Positions 8,953-17,384 of a DNA stretch of 64,000 bases are shown piece by piece (the first letter of the stretch is position 1; the number at the start of each line of letters is the position of its first letter). Origin of the DNA: a virus; the UHGV virus genome UHGV-1351068; one strand, written 5' to 3'. The translations under genes were made by a program, and so were the position numbers. The notes beneath the pieces are model-generated. The model was not told where the DNA came from. It searched no databases and saw only the letters and a program-made list of their open reading frames with translations.

Positions 8953-11900
8953 ATGGCCGATCAAAACTTAAAACAAATACAATTTAAAAGAACTAGCACA
9001 GAGAATAAAGCACCTGGTGCAGATATCGTAGCCCGTGGCGAAATCGCGTTGAATACACATGGGCGTACTCTTGCCATTTACACTAAAGATGAAGCTGATA
9101 ACGTTGTTCAGCTTGCAGGTAAAGGGGTTCCTTTCTTAGATACCTCTGGCACTCTTAGCGTTGATGGAACTACTACATTAAAAGACAACGTTACTATTTC
9201 TCCGAATAAAGCGATAAATTTTGAAACTACTGATTTAAGCGGTGAAATAACTCGTCATATCGTTGGCAAATGTGCTACTAATGATGGCTGGTACATTGGT
9301 GCCGGTGGTACAAGCAACAGTGGTATTCTTGAAATCGGTACTATTGATGATGGCGCTGAAACTATTCAATTCGTACAACGCGGCGCGGGCAACGTTGAAG
9401 CCCGAAAATTGGTCTTGCTTGACGGCTCGGGTAATACGACTCTTCCTGGCGATTTAAGATTATCCACCAATAAGACTGTTAAAATTAACAGTGGAAGCAC
9501 TCTTGTTCTTGAAATGGGTGTAGGCTCTAACGACGTCTATATTAAAAACCAAAGAGGCACCGGTGTTCTTCAATTAACTAATGACAGTAATTTAACGTTC
9601 AGAAATTCACAGGTGTATTACGCTATGAGCGGAAGAGGCCCTGGTAAATCTGGTACTCTTCTGACGAATGTAGAAAACAATCGTCAGGCTTGGCAATACA
9701 CTATTTCTGCCTCAACTGCTACAACTTCGCGCTGGGTTAAAGTAGCTACAATGAAGCACCCGGGAATGGCTTCTTCACAGCTGGATTTAATGATTAGCGG
9801 TGGTATTGATTCAGGCCACGGCAAGCACTACGTTGATTTTATCACGTTATCTGGGCGAAATTTAACATCTTGGAGCACTAACAATTTAGATAACTGGGTC
9901 GAATGGCGTCGAGTTGGTTCTCCTTCTAAAACAAACGTTCCAGAGTATTACGTTGTTAAAAACGATTCTGCCACGGATGCGGATGCTTCATTTGATTTTT
10001 ACGCTAAGGTTCCTCGATACTCCAATGACCTTTATGTCACAGTACTAAACACTTCTGGGTATAATGGACAAAGTTCTGGTAGTGTAATTATCTATGAAAC
10101 TGGTCAAGACACCGGTGCTACTGGACCGTCTGGAAGTATTCTTGTTTCGATGAAACAAATTTTTGACAGTTACGCAAAACCAGATTTCGGTGATACTACC
10201 GGTACTCTTCCGGTTAACCGTGGTGGTACAGGTGCTACTAACGTAGGAGATGCCCGAAACAACCTGGGCCTTAGAACTGCGGCTGTTCGTGATGTTGGTG
10301 AATCTAGCGGAAACGTGATGGAAGTTGGTGCCTTTGGTATTGGTGGTAACGGAAAATCACTAGTAGATATTACTTCTGACGTTGATTTAATGACTCGCCT
10401 TAAGGCTCTTGGTGGTACAGTGTTCAGAGCCAACACAGCGAGTGGTTATACCGGGGCTCCTTATTACTCCCATGGCACCGGGTTTTACGGAAGAGCTTCT
10501 GACACAATGGCTGCACTTAATATAGATTATGCAACTGGTAACGTCAGAGTATTTGCTATAAACGATAGTGGTTTAGCAAGTGGAAGAGTAAATTCTAATG
10601 TTCTCTACGGCACAGCAAATAAGCCATCTAAGGCTGATGTCGGACTTGGTAATCTGACAAACGATACTCAAGTTAAGAAAGCCGGCGATACCATGACTGG
10701 TGATTTAACTGTTCCTAATTTACATGCTTCCGGCACTGGTACTGCATCAGTATATGTTAACGCAGGAAGTGGAAACGCTCATGTATGGTTTAGAACAAAC
10801 GGTAACGAACGTGGTGTAATTTGGGCAACTCCGAATACTGCTGACTTAGGTCAGATTAATATTCGTGCAAAAACTACTGGAGGCACTTCTGCTGGTGATT
10901 TTAGCTTCCGTTCTGATGGGCGCCTTGATGTTCCTGTAGCAGTTAAAGTTGGTGGTGCAGCAATGCTAACTAAAGACGGGAATATTACCTCTGGTTCGAT
11001 GTTTGGTGGTAACCTTAACAACTATTTGACTTCTATTAAAAACGATATCGTTGCTGGCGATAATAAACAAGTAAGCAAGACTGGTGACACAATGACCGGT
11101 AACTTGACTATTAACGCTAACCTAAAAGTCGAAAATCCTAATGGGACATTTGTTGATTTGGGTTCAGAGAACTCTGATAAGTATAGCAGATTAACCCTTG
11201 CTCGTAAAGTTGGCGATGGCGCTGCTGTAGCAATGCTTAAAATTACTCCTGAAGGATACGTGCAATTTGGTTATCAAACTGCAGTTACTACTCCATCTCC
11301 TACTAAGTACATCCGAGTTAAACCCGATGGCCTTGATGTAGAAGGGGATTTGTTTTTTAATCAGACATACTGCGGTACTGAAGAGGCAGTTGATATTTCT
11401 GATAAGACCATTGACCTTAATAATCTTGTCATTAAAAGAACCGATCCAGGTACTCGTCAGCTGTATAAATGTGTATCATCTGGTGGCGGTTCTAAGATAG
11501 CAAACAAACCCACATCTGATGGTAACTTTGTTCTCGAAGTTCTGTCTTTACGTAAAGTTTCTGATAACGATTGGACATGTAAGCAGACCTTTACTACAAA
11601 GAATAACACCACTGTTGGCACATATGTTCGCTATGCCCAAAATGGCTCATGGACTGCATGGGAAGAAGTTGTATCTGGTGTTCAGCCAATTAATTTAGGT
11701 GGTACTGGAGCAACTTCTGTAGCTGCTGCTCGTAACAACCTCGGTGTTGGTGAAGGCCAAACTGTAACATTCGGTAATTTAGTTACAACCGATTTAACCG
11801 CAAACGGAAACGCTAGATTAGTCGGAAGACTGAACCTTGGTTCTGCTTCTGCGACTGGCGTATTACGAGCTAATGAAACGGGTGCTGTTGTTTTAGGGTC

Positions 11901-13386
11901 TGCAAGTGGTCAAAATATCCATGTTAGAGCAGGAAGTGCCGATACTTCTGCGGGTGAAACTCGCTTTGAACCAAATGGAAACGTCACAGTTGGTGGTGCT
12001 ATTACAGCTTCCGGAAGCCTGCAAGTAAATGGCGAAGCCGCGATGAGCAGGAGCTTGATCGTTTCTCAAAACATAAAGAATACTAACGACAACAGTTTTA
12101 TTCTGATGGGAAAAGATTCTGATTTAGGCTTCGTTAAAAAATCTAACTCAGGAGCTAAACTAGTATTTGCTTCAGGAAAATCGTTTATTGTCGCTAAATC
12201 GTCAGCAACTACTATAAGTAATCCGGCTTCGGAAACTTACACCGACGTGTTTAAAGTTGATGCTGATGGAAACCAAACAGTTTATGGAAACTCAGCTGTT
12301 TCTAGGGCTTTGACTGTATCAAGCTCAGCGACAGTTAATGGCGTTATTAATGCCAACGGCGGTATTATTGTTCCTACTACTAAGTATGTGCAAATTGCCG
12401 ATGCTCCTACACAGAATAACCAAGCCACCAACAAGAAATATGTTGATGACAAGGTTGCTTCTGCTATTAGTAATGCCGGTGATACATATCTTCCATTAGC
12501 AGGTGGTACTGTAACTGGTACATTAATAGTTACAGGTAATCAACTGAAAACTACTTCTCTATGGACTACCGGAGATGCTGCTGTTAATGGTGTTTTAACT
12601 GTTGATGGAAAGGCTAGGTTTAATCAAGAGTTCAGTGTATCCACTTCTGTTAACGTTCAGAACACCGGTAATAGCCATGTGTTCTTCCGTAAAGCAGATG
12701 GTACAGAAAAAGGTCTTCTTTGGGCTGATGAGCCTGGTAATGTTAGTATAAGAGCCGGCGGTGCTTCTGGACCAGTATGGAATTTCTGGACCAGTGGTTC
12801 ATGTCAATTCCCAGGAGCCATTTCTAACTATAACGGAATTAGCAGCACTACTAATTATCCTGCAGGACAACCCAATGGCACATATAACAATACCGCTGGG
12901 TTAGTAAGCAGATTTAGTAATGGTGCTTATGCCTCTCTGTATTTCCAAGAATATGTTGGTAACTTCCACCAAGCTATCATTAATGTTAATGGATTCGGTC
13001 GAGATGACAGTTTCTATTTCAGAGCTGGCGGTGACTTCATCTGTACTCGCAATGGTTCATTTGATAACGTTGAGATTCGTTCTGACCGTAGAGCTAAATC
13101 TGATATTAAAGTTATTGAAAACGCTTTGGAAAAAGTAGAGACCTTAAGCGGTAATACTTATGAGCTTCATAATACTTCTGGCGGTACTACTCGTTCTGCT
13201 GGGTTGATTGCTCAAGAAGTTCAAGAAGTTCTTCCGGAAGCAGTTACTCAAGATATTGAAGCGGACGGCGGATTATTGCGTCTGAATTACAACTCAGTAA
13301 TTGCACTTCTTGTTGAATCTGTTAAAGAGCTTTCTGCTGAGGTTAAAGGCCTTAAAGCGGAAATTGAAGAACTTAAATCTAAATAA
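8953..13386 (+). CDS. 37: gp37 long tail fibre distal subunit, 1477 aa, with C-terminal S74-type intramolecular chaperone
   Basis: N-terminus [21 protein letters not shown]...GEIALN matches T4 gp37 ([20 protein letters not shown]...GELAIN). Much longer than T4 gp37 (1026 aa). Last about 100 aa carry the SDRRAKSDI...[10 protein letters not shown]...[17 protein letters not shown] signature of Peptidase_S74 intramolecular chaperone domains. Confidence 0.9.
   Translation: [1477 protein letters not shown]
13081..13383 (+). other. Intramolecular chaperone (Peptidase S74-like) autoproteolytic domain at the gp37 C-terminus
   Basis: Begins with the conserved S-D-x-R-x-K motif ([13 protein letters not shown]) seen at the autocleavage site of phage T5 pb1 and K1F endosialidase C-terminal chaperones. 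Coiled-coil-like end [11 protein letters not shown]. Confidence 0.7.
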
Positions 13387-13389
13387 TGC

Positions 13390-13407
13390 ATGGGGCTTCG
13401 GCCCCAT
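13390..13407. terminator. GC tetraloop hairpin (atggggc-ttcg-gccccat) right after the gene 37 stop
   Basis: 7-bp stem, UUCG loop, weak T run (cttt). Confidence 0.45.
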
Positions 13408-13422
13408 CTTTAAGGAGATATC

Positions 13423-13950
13423 ATGGCAGTAACAGGACCGTGGGTTGGCAGCTCAGCAAAAGCAACCACCGGCGAGAGATGGATGAAGGAAGCTGGAGCT
13501 AAATTAAGGTTAGGAACACCATTTTGGATGTCTAATATGATTGGACGAAATGTCTGGAACGCTAGTATAACTATTTCAGGTAATAACCCTGCGACAGGAC
13601 CTAGGGTTCGTGGTGCTTGGAAAGATAAGAACAGTGCTTCATGGAACGTATTGCTCGATGCGCGTGGGTCTTTATCAGGAATTTGGGAAACTGGGTTTAA
13701 TTTAGTTGCCTTTGGATTATCAGAGCCAAGCAAAACGACTGGTTATAATGACGCAATTGTTCTAGAAGGCAGTGGAAACTTTAACGTTAACTGGCGAGTT
13801 GATACTGAAGACGGCAATCAATTCCATTTTAATAGCTCCCGAGATTACCGAGGAAGACGCTGTTATAACTGTACAGACAACAATGCTTTTTGGAACTGGC
13901 TTTATGCTAATGATGGACGAACATTCCAGCTGTCGTTTACTGCATACTAA
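13423..13950 (+). CDS. 38: gp38-like tail fibre adhesin: T2/T6-type N-terminal gp37-attachment domain with a non-canonical Trp-rich C-terminal domain lacking glycine-rich repeats
   Basis: 175 aa with SD AAGGAG. N-terminus MAVTGPWVGSSAKATTGERWMKEAGAKLRLGTPFWMS matches the conserved T2-type gp38 N-terminus (MAVVGVPGWIG.SAV.ETGQRWM...LRLG.P.WMS). The C-terminal two-thirds have no poly-Gly GRM motifs. Confidence 0.6.
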   Translation: MAVTGPWVGSSAKATTGERWMKEAGAKLRLGTPFWMSNMIGRNVWNASITISGNNPATGPRVRGAWKDKNSASWNVLLDARGSLSGIWETGFNLVAFGLSEPSKTTGYNDAIVLEGSGNFNVNWRVDTEDGNQFHFNSSRDYRGRRCYNCTDNNAFWNWLYANDGRTFQLSFTAY

Positions 13951-13966
13951 ACCCAGTAAGGAGAGC

Positions 13967-13974
13967 AATAAATA
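13967..13974 (+). promoter_or_regulatory. Possible late promoter variant (ATAAATAG) upstream of holin t
   Basis: AATAAATA-like sequence about 20 nt upstream of the t ATG. Imperfect match to TATAAATA. Confidence 0.3.
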
Positions 13975-13994
13975 GCTTCTGTAAGGAGAGCAAT

Positions 13995-14651
13995 ATGGCA
14001 AGCAAACAATCAATACCATTTTTTGATATGTTTCTTGGGTTGCTCGAGCTATTGTTCAAAGATGGAGCCACGGGAAGAGTTCTCTTTTCCCGTGTTTTTG
14101 TTGTCATACTTTTAGCATTGTTGGCGTTTGCTGGTTATAAGTCAGATAGTCTTATTACTGCTTACGTCGATAGTACATATGACAAGTATGATAAACTGGT
14201 TCAAAAGGATAGGGATACCCGATTTGATAATACAGCACTCGAACAACTCCAGATAGTACATATCTCAAGTGGTGCAGATTTTTCTGCGGTCTTTACGTTC
14301 AGACCTAAAAACTTGAACTACTTCGTAGACTTAATTGCTTATGAGGGGACTTTACCTAGCACGGTAGATTCTAAAAACCTGGGAGGATATCCAATCGACA
14401 AAACGTCTGCTGAATATAGCACGCATTTATCGGGTAGATATTTTTGGACGGATAAGGAATTTGTTTTCTTACCAACAAAAAGAAAACCGCCTGAAATATC
14501 GTACATGTTTAGCTGTCCGTATTTCAATTTAGACAATGTTTATGCTGGAACTGTTGAAATGTACTGGTACAATTCCAAACCTGCATTATCTAACGAAAGA
14601 CTAACATCGATATGTGGTCAGGCGGTTAGAGCTCTTGGAAGAGCTAAGTGA
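13995..14651 (+). CDS. t: Holin t
   Basis: 218 aa, same as T4 T. ...LELLFKDGATGRVL...ALEQLQIVHISSGADFSAVFTFRPKNLNYFVDLIAYEG...YMFSCPYFNLDNVYAGT near-identical to T4 holin. Confidence 0.93.
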   Translation: MASKQSIPFFDMFLGLLELLFKDGATGRVLFSRVFVVILLALLAFAGYKSDSLITAYVDSTYDKYDKLVQKDRDTRFDNTALEQLQIVHISSGADFSAVFTFRPKNLNYFVDLIAYEGTLPSTVDSKNLGGYPIDKTSAEYSTHLSGRYFWTDKEFVFLPTKRKPPEISYMFSCPYFNLDNVYAGTVEMYWYNSKPALSNERLTSICGQAVRALGRAK

Positions 14652-14924
14652 TTACTTATTACTATGCATAGCCATTGTTCGATAGATAGACTCAAATCCT
14701 TCGTTGTATTCTTCAACGAGAATTCTCTTCTCTTCGTCAGTTAACTCAGAAACCATTTTACGGAAGTTGCTCTGATTTAACTGACGCCCCTGCTCGTTCT
14801 TGATTCCAATTTCGTTCAAGAACGCAATAAATTCATCTCGCTTCTCCATGATATGTTCAGCATTGAACTTAGTCAGAATAGAAGCAACGGTAACAATTTC
14901 TTGGACAATTTCAAACTTAGTCAT
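14652..14924 (-). CDS. asiA: AsiA anti-sigma-70 factor
   Basis: 90 aa. ...VQEIVTVASILTKF...FIAFLNEIGI...LNQSNFRKMVSELT...EEYNEGFE matches T4 AsiA (90 aa). Confidence 0.92.
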   Translation of the reverse strand: MTKFEIVQEIVTVASILTKFNAEHIMEKRDEFIAFLNEIGIKNEQGRQLNQSNFRKMVSELTDEEKRILVEEYNEGFESIYRTMAMHSNK

Positions 14925-14953
14925 TATTTTTCCTACAACATAATGGATTATGT

Positions 14954-14988
14954 GATTATAGTATCATCTTGATACCACGTTGTAAACC
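14954..14988 (-). promoter_or_regulatory. Early promoter (minus strand: GTTTAC -35 ... TGATACTATAATC extended -10) driving asiA
   Basis: Member of the repeated tatagtatca...gtaaacaacttt family (plus-strand view). Matches the T4 early promoter consensus. Confidence 0.5.
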
Positions 14989-14991
14989 AGT

Positions 14992-15258
14992 TTATGCCAA
15001 TTCCCAACGAGAATTCAAATCTTCCTTGGTAGTGATATACTCAGCACCAGAGGACATCCAGAGCCCGTAGCGACCATCTTTTACTTTAGCCGTTAAATAC
15101 CATTCCTTTCCAATTGGACGAACCCTACGATTCATCCAGTGACATACGTCCATTGCCTCCTGAAAGGACAAGTCGATTAGACTTCCAAGCGCGATTTTAT
15201 TCATTAACGCTTCGAGATATCTTTGTGATTCAATGACAGATTCTAAGTTATGACTCAT
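14992..15258 (-). CDS. hypothetical protein in the arn position (adjacent to asiA)
   Basis: 88 aa. ATG start with ATGA overlap to the next ORF. T4 has arn (92 aa) at this position, but the sequence is not recognisably Arn-like or acidic. Confidence 0.5.
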   Translation of the reverse strand: MSHNLESVIESQRYLEALMNKIALGSLIDLSFQEAMDVCHWMNRRVRPIGKEWYLTAKVKDGRYGLWMSSGAEYITTKEDLNSRWELA

Positions 15259-15581
15259 GCTAAAACAACCTCTCCGCGATTACCTAAAATGCTTTCGATA
15301 TACTCAACTCCACTTATAATGTCACCTCTATCCTTTGCTTTAATAGTAATAATTCCATACGTGTGGAAATCTGCTGATAGACTAAACGGTTTAGAAGCTT
15401 CCTGAGTAAACGTAAACATTACTGCTTGTTCTAAATGTTTTACTTCTAAGTCATTAGCCCAAGAGTTAAGAACTTTAAGCCTAACTTGTAAAGTGTATTC
15501 TACTTTAATTGCTGAAAGTAATTCAACACGTTTATGATATGCCTTGGCTTCATCTTCTCTGCGTAAAGTTTCAGTATTCAT
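15255..15581 (-). CDS. hypothetical protein (arn.x-region small ORF)
   Basis: 108 aa. ATG start. Coupled overlaps on both sides. Confidence 0.5.
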   Translation of the reverse strand: MNTETLRREDEAKAYHKRVELLSAIKVEYTLQVRLKVLNSWANDLEVKHLEQAVMFTFTQEASKPFSLSADFHTYGIITIKAKDRGDIISGVEYIESILGNRGEVVLA

Positions 15582-15943
15582 AGATAATCTCCAATATCAT
15601 AAGCATCAACGCATTTCTGAAATTGTTCAAGAACTTCTTCAGGTTCAACGTTAGCAATAATAGCTACAGTAAAGGTACCATTATTCCAATCATGTACCAT
15701 CCAGTCCCCATATCCAGCATTCTGGAGGTCTTCCATTAGTTCAGAATGGATATCTGCTACTAATCCAGAATGGTCCCCTAATTTTTTATGGAGAGCTTCT
15801 AGGTCATCACAAATAATGGTTAAAGTAGTACATTTAGAATTATTCAGAATGCGCATTGTCTTTACCTTTATGTTTTTGCTTACGTTTTGATTCTTTAGCA
15901 GCACGCTTTTTATCTTTATGCGCGCCTCCTTTGTTAAAGTCAT
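15578..15943 (-). CDS. hypothetical acidic protein (arn.x-region)
   Basis: 121 aa. ATGA overlap with the upstream ORF stop. Basic N-terminus and strongly acidic D/E-rich body. Confidence 0.5.
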   Translation of the reverse strand: MTLTKEARIKIKSVLLKNQNVSKNIKVKTMRILNNSKCTTLTIICDDLEALHKKLGDHSGLVADIHSELMEDLQNAGYGDWMVHDWNNGTFTVAIIANVEPEEVLEQFQKCVDAYDIGDYL

Positions 15944-16152
15944 TCTTCGCTACTGGGTTGTACATGTGCAATTACCTCATTTAAACAGTTGCGTGTAATA
16001 TCAAAACGCTTAGCAATACCACATTCTTGGATATGTGCTTTTAAATCTCCGGCATGCACATATCCCAATTCCAAGATAAACCGTTTAATTTGAGCCTTTT
16101 CTGAACGATTTAAGCTATTGAAGTAATCTGCCTTGGCGCTTATTGCTCTCAC
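15940..16152 (-). CDS. hypothetical small protein (GTG start only)
   Basis: 70 aa with no ATG in frame. GTG overlaps the stop of the upstream ORF. Coding status uncertain. Confidence 0.3.
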   Translation of the reverse strand: MRAISAKADYFNSLNRSEKAQIKRFILELGYVHAGDLKAHIQECGIAKRFDITRNCLNEVIAHVQPSSEE

Positions 16153-16451
16153 ACTTTATCTTCCTTGCATTCAAGTTCCTTGATGTAATAGTCAATATCT
16201 TTAATCATTTCTTCTGTCATTACTTTGTACATTTCAGCAAGAAACGGTTTAGCGCCGCCATTAAATGGATGACTAAACGGACAGATGTATTCCTTATCCA
16301 TGAGAGTTTTCATGAATTTGCTATCTGCCATTTTAAACCCGGCTTCATTTGTATATGTACCCCAATTATCGTCCATCATTTCTAACGAACGCTGGAGCGA
16401 TTTACGTTGAATTTTTAAAAGCGTAATGTTATTCTTTAATGTACTAATCAT
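16149..16451 (-). CDS. hypothetical protein
   Basis: 100 aa. ATG start with TAATG overlap to the upstream ORF. Confidence 0.5.
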   Translation of the reverse strand: MISTLKNNITLLKIQRKSLQRSLEMMDDNWGTYTNEAGFKMADSKFMKTLMDKEYICPFSHPFNGGAKPFLAEMYKVMTEEMIKDIDYYIKELECKEDKV

Positions 16452-16876
16452 TAGTATAAATCCTCTGAGAATAATTCATTGGCGGGTCCTGATTTAGGAC
16501 GAACTGTATTAACTTGACCTGCATGTGTAGCGATGATTAATGCTTCTTCGCGTGTGAAGTACTCACCCCACTGGTCGACAAATCCTTGATTGTCTCCATG
16601 GACATGGTCAGAAACCAGTTTGTCACGGAACATATCTAGAACGTTCGCCATATCAACAGAATAGTGGCGAGTGCCTGGAACTACAATTGTTCCACCAGTT
16701 TTCAATTCAAAACGATTTGCTGCACAAACGATACGACGTTGAAGTAATCGTCCATCCCACCAATCAGCTACTTTAAAGCAGATTTCTGGAATACTAACTT
16801 CTTCTGGCTCATTAATTAGAGTACCGTGACGAGAAGCATCAACAAATTTATTCATTTGTTCGGAAAACTTGCTCAT
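16451..16876 (-). CDS. hypothetical protein, enzyme-like (141 aa)
   Basis: ATG start and ATGA coupling. Conserved-looking HVHGDNQGFVDQWGEYFTREEA segment. No confident family assignment. Confidence 0.5.
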   Translation of the reverse strand: MSKFSEQMNKFVDASRHGTLINEPEEVSIPEICFKVADWWDGRLLQRRIVCAANRFELKTGGTIVVPGTRHYSVDMANVLDMFRDKLVSDHVHGDNQGFVDQWGEYFTREEALIIATHAGQVNTVRPKSGPANELFSEDLY

Positions 16877-17214
16877 TTAAAGAATCCTTTAATTTTCTGC
16901 CACAAACTTTTCTTTTCACGAATACCAATCTGACGAATAACAGGTTCACCCTGCATTTTCTCTAACCATTCCATTGAGTTAACAGCTTCCGCCATTGGAA
17001 CAAATTTAGCAAGGGCCTTTTGGTAATTATCTACATCCATGATATGTTTACCATCTGCATTGTAGATAGCATAGCATTTTGTGAATTTCTTATCAATGTA
17101 TCCGATAAAGTGTCCACGGAACCATACATCCCAACAATCAGTTGGGATATTAGCATTCAAGTTAACCTTTTCAACACAACGCTGAAGCTCATTCAATACT
17201 TTAAACTTGTTCAT
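16873..17214 (-). CDS. hypothetical protein (motA.1-region)
   Basis: 113 aa. ATG start. TAATG overlap with a further 57-aa ORF upstream. Confidence 0.5.
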   Translation of the reverse strand: MNKFKVLNELQRCVEKVNLNANIPTDCWDVWFRGHFIGYIDKKFTKCYAIYNADGKHIMDVDNYQKALAKFVPMAEAVNSMEWLEKMQGEPVIRQIGIREKKSLWQKIKGFFK

Positions 17215-17384
17215 TATTCCACCAAAAACATTGCGAGTTTAATTAAGTAACGCGATTCATTGATATAAGTTTGTTGCTGTAACTGTTCAAACAATTCAAT
17301 CGCGTGATATTTGTCCAGGGCCTCAATGAAGATGCTGCCTCTGATATTCACATCATCTTCATATATAATTTCCCAAAGTTCCAT
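17211..17384 (-). CDS. small hypothetical protein (57 aa) immediately downstream of motA
   Basis: Not in the track (under 60 aa). ATG overlaps the motA stop (TAATG) and its stop overlaps the next ATG. Acidic (MELWEIIYEDD...). Confidence 0.3.

Noticed and set aside
13423-13950. Possibility that this ORF is a T4-type gp38 assembly chaperone
   Set aside because: T4 gp38 (183 aa) is a non-structural chaperone with a different sequence. The N-terminus here matches the T2/T6 adhesin-type gp38 attachment domain instead, so it was called an adhesin-type protein.
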